Origin: Candidatus Thorarchaeota archaeon
Lineage (GTDB): Archaea > Asgardarchaeota > Thorarchaeia > Thorarchaeales > Thorarchaeaceae
Direction: 5' to 3'
Length of the DNA: 10,676 nucleotides
Assembly: GCA_048882385.1 (NCBI GenBank)
Contig: JBHLRQ010000105.1
Location: 1 to 10,676, forward strand
The position numbers and the translations under genes were made by a program. Within the stretch, counting starts at the first letter, position 1. Each line of letters starts with the position of its first letter. Positions 1 through 6,754 of the stretch are shown piece after piece. The notes under the pieces are model-generated. The model saw only the letters and a list, made by a program, of their open reading frames with translations. It did not search any database and was not told the DNA's origin.

Positions 1-461
1 CCCCATGATGGAATTAATCCAATTCCAACCTCTACTGCTCCAAGCTTTGCCTCAGTATCACAGATTCGGATATCAGAAGCGAGAGCAAGTTCGAAACCAC
101 CGCCAAGACAAAGTCCATTAACGGCGGCTATTACTGGCTTGGAGAGCTTTGCAACAGCATCGATAGCTTCGATACCTTGTTCTAAGAGAGGTCGGACTTC
201 ATCAGGTGTACTCAGGAGTGCCTGAGCTTCCTTAAGGTCTGCACCAACACCAAACACCTTTTCATGGGTCGATGCAATAACAACTGACCTGACTTCTGGA
301 TCATTCTCGGCCTCTTGTAGAGCTGCAACAAGCTCCTCTAAAATAGTGGCATTGAAAGCATTCATTGCATCAATGCGATTCATCTTGATTACTGCAACAT
401 TCTTTGCAGGAGAAAGAAACGAACCTTCTTTTGAGTAAAGTATTGTCTCGTATTCTGGCAT
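1..461 (-). CDS. Enoyl-CoA hydratase/isomerase (crotonase family), 3' end truncated by the window edge
   Basis: Not in the ORF track. Manual translation from ATG at 461: [78 protein letters not shown]...[47 protein letters not shown]. Crotonase motifs GADLKE and GGGxELAL plus the second catalytic Glu (AVE) are present. SD-like AAGGTG upstream. Confidence 0.95.
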   Translation of the reverse strand, partial: [153 protein letters not shown]

Positions 462-510
462 TTGTATACACCTTATCAGAGGTTATGCAATTTTCGTGGG
501 GTTGACTGGC

Positions 511-517
511 TTATAAA
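511..517 (-). promoter_or_regulatory. Putative TATA box (TTTATAA) for the enoyl-CoA hydratase gene
   Basis: TTTATAA on the minus strand about 50 nt upstream of the ATG at 461 and downstream of the terminator-like hairpin. Confidence 0.45.
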
Positions 518-550
518 TCCCATTTATCACAGAATTCAAACTTCAATATT

Positions 551-585
551 AAAACAAGAAAATGGCAGGGATTGAAACCCTGCCA
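551..585 (-). terminator. Stem-loop plus T-tract, intrinsic terminator-like
   Basis: Minus strand reads TGGCAGGG-TTTCAAT-CCCTGCCA-TTTTCTTGTTTT: a perfect 8-bp stem (563-570/578-585) starting 7 nt after the dehydrogenase stop codon. Confidence 0.7.
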
Positions 586-592
586 GATTATA

Positions 593-1720
593 TTATTTCA
601 GATACTTTGGTACTGAATAACAATCCCCTAATTCATCATTGAGTTTCTTGATGAAATCGCGAACTTTGTCGACACCAAACTGATTGAGCATCTCAAATGG
701 ACCCATAGGCCAACTTGCACCCAGCTTCATTGCCATGTTGATGTCTTCTTCGCTGGCGATGCCTTCATCCACGAGAATCATTGCTTCACGTATACCTGGT
801 ATATTAAGTCGTTCGACAATCCATTCATGATCTGCACCTTTAGGAGGTTCGGGCTTATCTTCCTCACCGCCATAGGAATAGAATCCCTTCTTGGATTTCA
901 TACCGATATGTCCAGCATCAACCAGATTCTTGAGGACCTCAGGTGGTTTGAAGCAGTCTCCAATCTCTCTGTAGAGCGTAGACATTGCATTAAATGTAAT
1001 GTCAAGACCAACAAAATCACCTAATGTGAAAGGACCTGCTGGAGCTTTACCAACACTGGTCATTGCTAAATCGATCTCTTCTTTCGTAGCTTCTTTGCGT
1101 TCAAGCATTAGAAGTGCTTCACGCATAACTGGCATAAGAAGACGATTGACAATAAAACCAGGACTATTCTTTGCTCTCACAGTTGTCTTGCCTTGAGTTT
1201 TACCCACAGATTCAGCTGTCGCAATTGTTTCATCACTTGTTTTTTCACCAATGACCAGCTCTAGCAGTTTCATAGCTGGCACAGGTGAGAAATAGTGCAT
1301 ACCAATGAATTTGTCAGGTCGTTTTGTAGTGCTAGCCAGTTCATCGATACTTAGTGATGAAGTGTTTGTCGCTAGAATAGTATGTGCGGGTGCGGCAGCA
1401 TCTATCATAGCAAAGACCTCTTTTTTGACTTCCATATTCTCAAAGATAGCTTCAATGACTAAATCAGCGTCTTTGACAGCCTCCTCGGTATTAACGGTGG
1501 CATTTAGCCTGCCCATTAATCCCTCAGCCTCAGACATGGAGATTTTTCCCTTGTCTATGCCAGTCATGACATCTGAACGAATGCGTTCCATGCCTGCGTC
1601 AACAAACTCCTGTTTGATGTCCACCATAGACACATCAAACCCGTTCCATGCTGAAACATAGGCAATACCTGCGCCCATAAGCCCAGCGCCTATGACTGCA
1701 ATCTTTTTGACCATTAGCAT
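593..1720 (-). CDS. 3-hydroxyacyl-CoA (3-hydroxybutyryl-CoA) dehydrogenase with duplicated C-terminal dimerisation domain
   Basis: Rossmann motif IAVIGAGLMGAGIA; ADLVIEAIFE; ATNTSSL; catalytic His/Glu segment GMHYFSPVPAMKLLE; PGFIVNR. A second 3HCDH-like repeat reads WIVERL...EAMILVDEGIASEEDINMAMKLGASWPMGPF. SD GGAGGT before the ATG. Confidence 0.95.
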   Translation of the reverse strand: MLMVKKIAVIGAGLMGAGIAYVSAWNGFDVSMVDIKQEFVDAGMERIRSDVMTGIDKGKISMSEAEGLMGRLNATVNTEEAVKDADLVIEAIFENMEVKKEVFAMIDAAAPAHTILATNTSSLSIDELASTTKRPDKFIGMHYFSPVPAMKLLELVIGEKTSDETIATAESVGKTQGKTTVRAKNSPGFIVNRLLMPVMREALLMLERKEATKEEIDLAMTSVGKAPAGPFTLGDFVGLDITFNAMSTLYREIGDCFKPPEVLKNLVDAGHIGMKSKKGFYSYGGEEDKPEPPKGADHEWIVERLNIPGIREAMILVDEGIASEEDINMAMKLGASWPMGPFEMLNQFGVDKVRDFIKKLNDELGDCYSVPKYLK

Positions 1721-1726
1721 GACCTC

Positions 1727-2086
1727 CTACATTGCACCCATCATTACAGCAAGGATTAGGTTGGCAAGAGGATCACTCTCATGAGCATTACCAATCACCT
1801 GGAGACTACCATCATTCATTGTGTCCTTGAATGGCACCTCACCAGTGAAAATACCCAGCAATGTTTCTGCATTTGATTTGTAGATAACATCAGGACTCGG
1901 ATATACACCTTCGAGCAAATCGATTCCGTCCTTTGTAACAACCATGTACTGTGAACCTTCCTCAGTATGAACCTGAAGGATCTTGCCATGATATGGACCG
2001 ACCCAATCTGCTAGTTGCTTCTTGAGATCATCCTTTGAGTTACATTGCGCTTGAAGGAATTTGAAAAATTCTTGTAGTTGTGACAT
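1727..2086 (-). CDS. SCP2 (sterol carrier protein 2)-like lipid/acyl-CoA-binding protein
   Basis: YMVVTKDGIDLLEGVYPSPDVIYKSNAETLLGIFTGEVPFKDTMNDGSLQVIGN fits the SCP2 pattern (PDxxI...xxxxxG...GxLxVxG). Start moved from 2116 to ATG 2086 (MSQLQEFF), 4 nt after the upstream stop codon, which removes the overlap. Confidence 0.8.
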   Translation of the reverse strand: MSQLQEFFKFLQAQCNSKDDLKKQLADWVGPYHGKILQVHTEEGSQYMVVTKDGIDLLEGVYPSPDVIYKSNAETLLGIFTGEVPFKDTMNDGSLQVIGNAHESDPLANLILAVMMGAM

Positions 2087-2090
2087 CCTT

Positions 2091-2618
2091 TTAGTCCTCC
2101 TTTGCCATCCACTCATCTACAGCCTCATGCATTGCTGCATCAATTGTAGTTGCCCAGAAATTGCCCTTCCTGCTCTTCACCTTGTCCAGAAACGCATCAT
2201 ACTTGTCGCCTTCCATCAAGACAACAATTCTGCCTTTTCTATCATTGATGAAGGATTGGTGAATCATTTTCTTTGTATTCCAGTACTCGTGTTCAATATC
2301 ACCTTCCTTCAAACGCGGATAGAAAGGCCATGCACCTGTTGGATGAGGGCGATAAGACTTTCCTCCAGATTTCCACTTCTTCACCTTGTCTCCTGGAGCT
2401 TCCTTGAAACCAGGTCGGAAAGGCCACTGCGGAACATAGCGGAATCCTTTCTCACCATCAACAACTCCACCAGACCAGCGCCCAGTGTAGACACGTCCAC
2501 CTTTATTGTCACAGAATTGCTCCATTACAACTTCGATGAATCCTTCAGGAGTGAGACCAGCTTCTTCAGCCAACTTCTTCATGTTCTCAAAGGTTTCTCC
2601 TTCAAAATTGACTTCCAT
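2091..2618 (-). CDS. Hypothetical protein with N- and C-terminal RHH-like segments and two WPFxP repeats
   Basis: 175-aa ORF coupled to the nitroreductase (TGA-A-ATG, with SD GGAGGG inside the upstream gene end). Domain interpretation is by eye. Confidence 0.8.
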   Translation of the reverse strand: MEVNFEGETFENMKKLAEEAGLTPEGFIEVVMEQFCDNKGGRVYTGRWSGGVVDGEKGFRYVPQWPFRPGFKEAPGDKVKKWKSGGKSYRPHPTGAWPFYPRLKEGDIEHEYWNTKKMIHQSFINDRKGRIVVLMEGDKYDAFLDKVKSRKGNFWATTIDAAMHEAVDEWMAKED

Positions 2619-2619
2619 T

Positions 2620-3381
2620 TCACTTACCCTCCTTCCTAAATGCTAGTCTTTTGTATGGTTTGCCCCAACGCTCTTCGTACATGAGTCCTTCAAGAGGAGC
2701 CCTACTAGGACCAAGTGCTCTAGGAGATACTCGTTGGCCAATACAAAAAGCCGTTAGTGGTTCCCAGATTGGCGGGATTCCGAGTCTATCTCTGATGAGT
2801 TCTGCGTGTCGAGGATCTGAACAGACAAGAGCTTCGTATCCACATCCATATCCAAGTTCAGTAGCAGTGAGCCACATATTTTGCACTGCCATTCCGCACA
2901 CAACAGAACCGAATAGGGAGTTTGGATATAGGTATCCTGCGTCATGCCATGCTTCACTCGCACAGACAATAATCACAGTGTCACTCTTTTCTGGGTATCT
3001 GAACAATTCACCATCTCTAAGTCTAGCGTAGACAGCAGCTCTGTAAGGATCACTGATAAACCAGTTTCGTCCACTTGTTAATTCAAAGGGAGCTCCTCCA
3101 AAGGCTGTTTGAGCCATTTCCTGCGCAATATCTGCAAGGAAAACTTTGGTGTCTTTGTCATCTCGAATAACAACAAATCGCATCATCAACATATTCTCAG
3201 GACTCGGTGCATGTCGCGCCGCTTCCAATATCAGCTCGATGTCTTCATCGGGGATTTTCTCGCCAGTAAATTCTCGGATAGAGCGTCGCTCTCGAATCCA
3301 TTTGAGTGATTCAAGTTCTTTAGCAACTTTTACTTCATCCTCAGCTTTACCAGCAGCTTTACTCTCTGCATCTGCAGCCAT
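2620..3381 (-). CDS. Nitroreductase-family FMN-binding oxidoreductase
   Basis: IRERRSIREF, ILEAARHAPSPEN, RFVVI, GMAVQNMWLTATELGYG and IRDRLGIP are standard nitroreductase-fold motifs. SD GAGGTG upstream. Confidence 0.93.
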   Translation of the reverse strand: MAADAESKAAGKAEDEVKVAKELESLKWIRERRSIREFTGEKIPDEDIELILEAARHAPSPENMLMMRFVVIRDDKDTKVFLADIAQEMAQTAFGGAPFELTSGRNWFISDPYRAAVYARLRDGELFRYPEKSDTVIIVCASEAWHDAGYLYPNSLFGSVVCGMAVQNMWLTATELGYGCGYEALVCSDPRHAELIRDRLGIPPIWEPLTAFCIGQRVSPRALGPSRAPLEGLMYEERWGKPYKRLAFRKEGK

Positions 3382-3390
3382 TTATACACC

Positions 3391-3405
3391 TCAACATATT
3401 GTTGA
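3391..3405. promoter_or_regulatory. Inverted repeat TCAACA-TAT-TGTTGA, candidate operator of the nitroreductase operon
   Basis: Perfect 6-bp arms abutting the SD, between a TATA-like TTTATG (minus strand, 3431-3436) and the ATG at 3381. Confidence 0.35.
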
Positions 3406-3600
3406 ACGGCAACCGATAACTTACAGCCAGCATAAATGTATTGCGAGAAGTCGTCTATTGCCGAAGAATGATTCATAATTGTTCGATTTTGGAATTCAAT
3501 ACAGACCCATAACATACCCGGACCAGTTCTCTATCATACTCTAGGTAATGACCTAGTATTGGCTACACTATACAAGCTGACTTATGATACTCATTATATT

Positions 3601-3780
3601 GTTCTACAGACACACAAAGCTCCTCCCGGCGTTTGTGTGTCCATCTCTTTTATTACTAGGGAGCTCTCATGCTCCCCACCCAAATAGAATCTACAGACCT
3701 GGACTTCTCAAATCCAAGGACTCACACACAATCTTCTCAAGCGTTCGGTTTTGAATATCGACCGAGTATTACACACAATC
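3601..3780 (+). other. Structured, repeat-rich non-coding region (candidate 5' leader RNA or sRNA)
   Basis: 10-bp stem GACACACAAA/TTTGTGTGTC (3609-3618/3632-3641); stem GGGAGC/GCTCCC (3659-3664/3671-3676); stem TCGGT/ACCGA (3745-3749/3761-3765); ACACACAA three times; CTACAGAC twice. Confidence 0.4.
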
Positions 3781-3821
3781 ATATTGACGTATGACACCGA
3801 GAATACTATGGTGATTTCCAG

Positions 3822-3962
3822 ATGAAGCTTGTAACCCTACATATTCCGGAAACGTATGTTGATGGACTTGAGAAGCTTGTTGAGAGCAATCTTTACCCCA
3901 ACAGATCAGAAGCAATCCGGATTGCAATTAGAGACCTTTTGAAGAGAGAACTGTGGGGCTAG
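3822..3962 (+). CDS. Ribbon-helix-helix (CopG/Arc/MetJ) transcription regulator, CdrS-like, 46 aa
   Basis: Below the ORF-track length cutoff. MKLVTLHIPETYVDGLEKLVESNLYPNRSEAIRIAIRDLLKRELWG*, with the xPNRSEAIR motif seen in archaeal CdrS-type RHH proteins. SD GGTGAT at 3811-3816. Confidence 0.92.
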   Translation: MKLVTLHIPETYVDGLEKLVESNLYPNRSEAIRIAIRDLLKRELWG

Positions 3963-4107
3963 TAAAAGCTACGAGTCCCACAGACTCGATTTATCCCTAC
4001 CATCCGAGATTCATTCAAATGTGAACATCAATTGTGAGGCGATACCATCTTGGCCCCAAATAGGGGAAGTTGGCCACGAAAGAAATATTGATATCTACTC
4101 TTATTGA

Positions 4108-4117
4108 TTAATATATA
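4108..4117 (+). promoter_or_regulatory. Putative TATA box (TTAATATATA) for the tandem paralog pair
   Basis: AT-rich TATA-like element about 30 nt upstream of GTG 4149. Confidence 0.5.
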
Positions 4118-4148
4118 ATAAGAGGTGTAATCTCAAGAGGCCTCATCT

Positions 4149-5120
4149 GTGAATCTCGACTCAGCTAGACTCATTGAATCCAAAGATGAAGAAACCCATA
4201 TTGTAAGAGGGTGTCCATGTTACAAAGAGTTTGGATCAACAGAAAAAGTCTGTCTCAATTGCGATGATGTTCTGCCAATTCGAGCTATATCTGTAGACCC
4301 TAGTTTTTTCAGTTCACTAGATTCAAGGTCCAATCTGAAAGAGTTTGCAAGTGATAATGAAACAATGTGCTATCTCGTGATTTTCCTTGACAGAGTGGAA
4401 GGATTTTGTTATTGTGTGAGTCAGAATCAGAGAATTCGTATCAACAACCAAGATGTCAAGGTTTCTGAAATAGATAGTGCACTTCAGTTTGTAACGTCAA
4501 CGGAAAAGGACAGAGATGGAGTACTGTGTTCTGAATGCCTCTATAGATATCTAAGAACCTTGGGCGAGAGTTCAGAAGGATTTCTTTCTAATGAAGAGAG
4601 AAACGACATTATCGTTTCATATGTAAGAGATATTGCTGATAAAATCGCGAAACAGCTGAGCAGTTTTGAGGAAGGAGAAAATGATAATGCGCTTGAATTT
4701 AGAGAGCATCTAAAAGATTACATAAGAGAGTTGAATAGAAACCGTTCTCACTGGACATCAATGATTCGTGGTTTGAAAAAGGAAAATGCGGATGAAGATC
4801 TGATACAGTTAGTCGAGTTGTATCGAACACTTTCTCGTCTGGAATCAATCTTTATGTTTCAAGTTCAATCACTAGATAATGAATCAGAAGAGTCAGATCC
4901 TCTGAGCGTTCTCCAGTTTATGGTCAGCATCTCTGAAAAGGTCATGAGAATTAACGATGAAATTCGAGATTTAACAAACTACATGGTAGAGAGGGATAGT
5001 CTTCCCGAGAACATTCAGGAAATGCTCATGCAACATACTGAGAAAAGAAAGAAGACTGAGTATAGATTTAGCAATTTGGTTTCAGTGTTGCAAGAAATTG
5101 ATTCACATACATCAAAATAA
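4149..5120 (+). CDS. Hypothetical Cys-rich protein (paralog A): putative metal-binding N-domain plus helical C-domain
   Basis: 323-aa ORF with GTG start; RGCPCYK...C...CY...YC...CSECLY; aligns by eye over its full length with 5168..6172. Confidence 0.88.
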   Translation: MNLDSARLIESKDEETHIVRGCPCYKEFGSTEKVCLNCDDVLPIRAISVDPSFFSSLDSRSNLKEFASDNETMCYLVIFLDRVEGFCYCVSQNQRIRINNQDVKVSEIDSALQFVTSTEKDRDGVLCSECLYRYLRTLGESSEGFLSNEERNDIIVSYVRDIADKIAKQLSSFEEGENDNALEFREHLKDYIRELNRNRSHWTSMIRGLKKENADEDLIQLVELYRTLSRLESIFMFQVQSLDNESEESDPLSVLQFMVSISEKVMRINDEIRDLTNYMVERDSLPENIQEMLMQHTEKRKKTEYRFSNLVSVLQEIDSHTSK

Positions 5121-5167
5121 CTTCTAAATGGTCACCAGTTCTAGGCAGTGAGTGACAGAAAGACAGT

Positions 5168-6172
5168 ATGATTGCAAATAGGTCTGAGTTGGAGAAAAAA
5201 AACGTGTTTGGAAGTCACAAACAGGAGCAAGAAGGGACAATCAAGTTGATTCGAGGTTGTCCATGCTACAAGGTATTTGGTGACGAAAAACTATGTGTGA
5301 ATAATGATAGTGTCCTAGAGATAGATGCTATCGAAATTGATCCCTCAATATTTTCATTTCATTACGATAAGGAGAGTATGGGAGAAGAAAGAGCTACGGA
5401 TGGAAATGTATGCTATGCTTCTATTTTCATCAATTATCCAGATAACAAGGTCTATTGTATTTCACAAGGTTGGGTATTGAGAATACATGGAAAAGACGTT
5501 CCTGGAAACGACCTTGAAGATGCAATGCAATTCCTATCAACAAAAGAAATCTCTAGTAGTGCAGAAATTTGTTCAGAGTGTTTATACAAATTTATTCTGA
5601 CATTAGGTGATACTTTTGCTGACCTCTTGACTGAAAAAGAGAAGACAGAGGAGGTCAAGAGATACGTGGATAAATTCTCACTTATGATTGCAGTCAAACA
5701 CAGCCAAACCGACCAGATGATGAAACCAATTGGCACAGAGGATGATATTGAGGAGGGTATTGACCATTTCCAATTTCTTCGTAACTACTTGGTTCAATTA
5801 TTGGAGCAGCAAAATTACTGGGCTCGACTTGGTGAAGAACTAGAGGAGGAAGAAGCAGATCCTTGGATTCAAGATCTAGTCCATATGAGAGAACGACTTG
5901 ATAGGCTAGAGTTTCAATTCTATAGTCAGACTTTGCAGCTTAGGGATATTAACGAATTTAACCTATTGATCAAAATGCTTCAATATGTCTTAAGATCGTC
6001 AGATGATATCCTTGTTCTAAACAATGAAATCCACTCCAAAATAAGATCAGACAAATTCAAAGAATTTGCTGGTACTGATGAGCGATTCAAGATTCTTGGA
6101 GAGTATGCAGAAAAGAGCAGAACTGTTGAACATAATTTTGGAAATATCCTTCAGATTCTGACAAAGCTCTAG
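5168..6172 (+). CDS. Hypothetical Cys-rich protein (paralog B): putative metal-binding N-domain plus helical C-domain
   Basis: 334-aa ORF 47 nt after paralog A with the same RGCPCYK and CSECLY motifs. Exact start uncertain. Confidence 0.9.
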   Translation: MIANRSELEKKNVFGSHKQEQEGTIKLIRGCPCYKVFGDEKLCVNNDSVLEIDAIEIDPSIFSFHYDKESMGEERATDGNVCYASIFINYPDNKVYCISQGWVLRIHGKDVPGNDLEDAMQFLSTKEISSSAEICSECLYKFILTLGDTFADLLTEKEKTEEVKRYVDKFSLMIAVKHSQTDQMMKPIGTEDDIEEGIDHFQFLRNYLVQLLEQQNYWARLGEELEEEEADPWIQDLVHMRERLDRLEFQFYSQTLQLRDINEFNLLIKMLQYVLRSSDDILVLNNEIHSKIRSDKFKEFAGTDERFKILGEYAEKSRTVEHNFGNILQILTKL

Positions 6173-6753
6173 ACTGAAAATCTTGAATCTGAGAGAATTG
6201 TATCTATTAATTTCTCAGCTGATACTTCATCTTTCTTGTTCCATTCCTCTGCAAATTCTCTAAACACGAATAACGCCTCTAAGACTGTATCAGCGAGTTT
6301 GATGAGCTCAGATTCAAGCACTTTGGGTCCGCTTCCAAGACCAGGACAGATATGCTTCATCGCGCTTAGGCCCCATTTTCTCTGGTCTTCTTCATCTTGA
6401 AAGACAAAAGGAAAAGACATACAGACAACTGGTCTAATTGCATGAATCATGCACAGATTTTCTTTCAGGAATATGCAATCACCGTTCTCCATTTTCTTAA
6501 GAGCAATATATGCGGGACCTTTTTCTGTACTCAAAGCAGGAAAGTCACGTAGTCCATCTAGTGAGTTGATACCATCGGATATATAGAAATCCAAGGCTCG
6601 AATTAGTTCATTTGTATTCAATCCAAGAGCCATAGATATACGGGTTAGGTCTCGACCTGTCAATGTCACTAAAATAGATTCTTCTCTACAACATGCCCCA
6701 CATTTAGTGCATTCGAAATTTACTTGTGCATCGAGAGAATTCAACAAGTTCAC
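6169..6753 (-). CDS. YkgJ-family CxxCxxCC cysteine-cluster (Zn/Fe-chelating) protein
   Basis: FECTKCGACC...GDCIFLKENLCMIHAIRPVVCMSFPF...CPGLG is the complete family pattern. Start is probably GTG 6753 or TTG 6747/6744 (after GGTGA) rather than 6792, just behind the aminotransferase stop. Confidence 0.9.
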   Translation of the reverse strand: MNLLNSLDAQVNFECTKCGACCREESILVTLTGRDLTRISMALGLNTNELIRALDFYISDGINSLDGLRDFPALSTEKGPAYIALKKMENGDCIFLKENLCMIHAIRPVVCMSFPFVFQDEEDQRKWGLSAMKHICPGLGSGPKVLESELIKLADTVLEALFVFREFAEEWNKKDEVSAEKLIDTILSDSRFSV

Positions 6754-6754
6754 C

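Noticed and set aside
2618-2622. Selenocysteine read-through of the nitroreductase TGA into the next gene
   Set aside because: The next ATG is in a different frame (TGA-A-ATG) with its own SD, and no SECIS-like element was recognised.
827-3478. Plus-strand ORFs 827..1024, 999..1196, 1305..1661, 2061..2639, 2651..3031, 3109..3309, 3146..3478 and minus-strand 2754..2969
   Set aside because: Antisense or out-of-frame shadows of well-supported genes, with no recognisable motifs.
3330-3515. 61-aa minus-strand ORF
   Set aside because: Overlaps the nitroreductase start and promoter out of frame, with no convincing SD or protein-like motif.
3601-3780. Possible CRISPR array, tRNA or C/D box sRNA in the repeat-rich intergenic region
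   Set aside because: Repeats are only 8-10 nt and irregularly spaced. There is no cloverleaf or T-loop consensus and no well-placed C/D box pair.
6169-6172. Convergent genes sharing a CTAG stop-codon overlap
   Set aside because: Real, but a common 4-bp convergent overlap in compact genomes; no further signal.
4149-6172. Paralog pair as a toxin-antitoxin or defence system with the RHH as antitoxin
   Set aside because: No PIN, RelE, HEPN, nuclease or NTPase motifs were recognised. The RHH is not translationally coupled to the next gene, and there is no mobile-element context.
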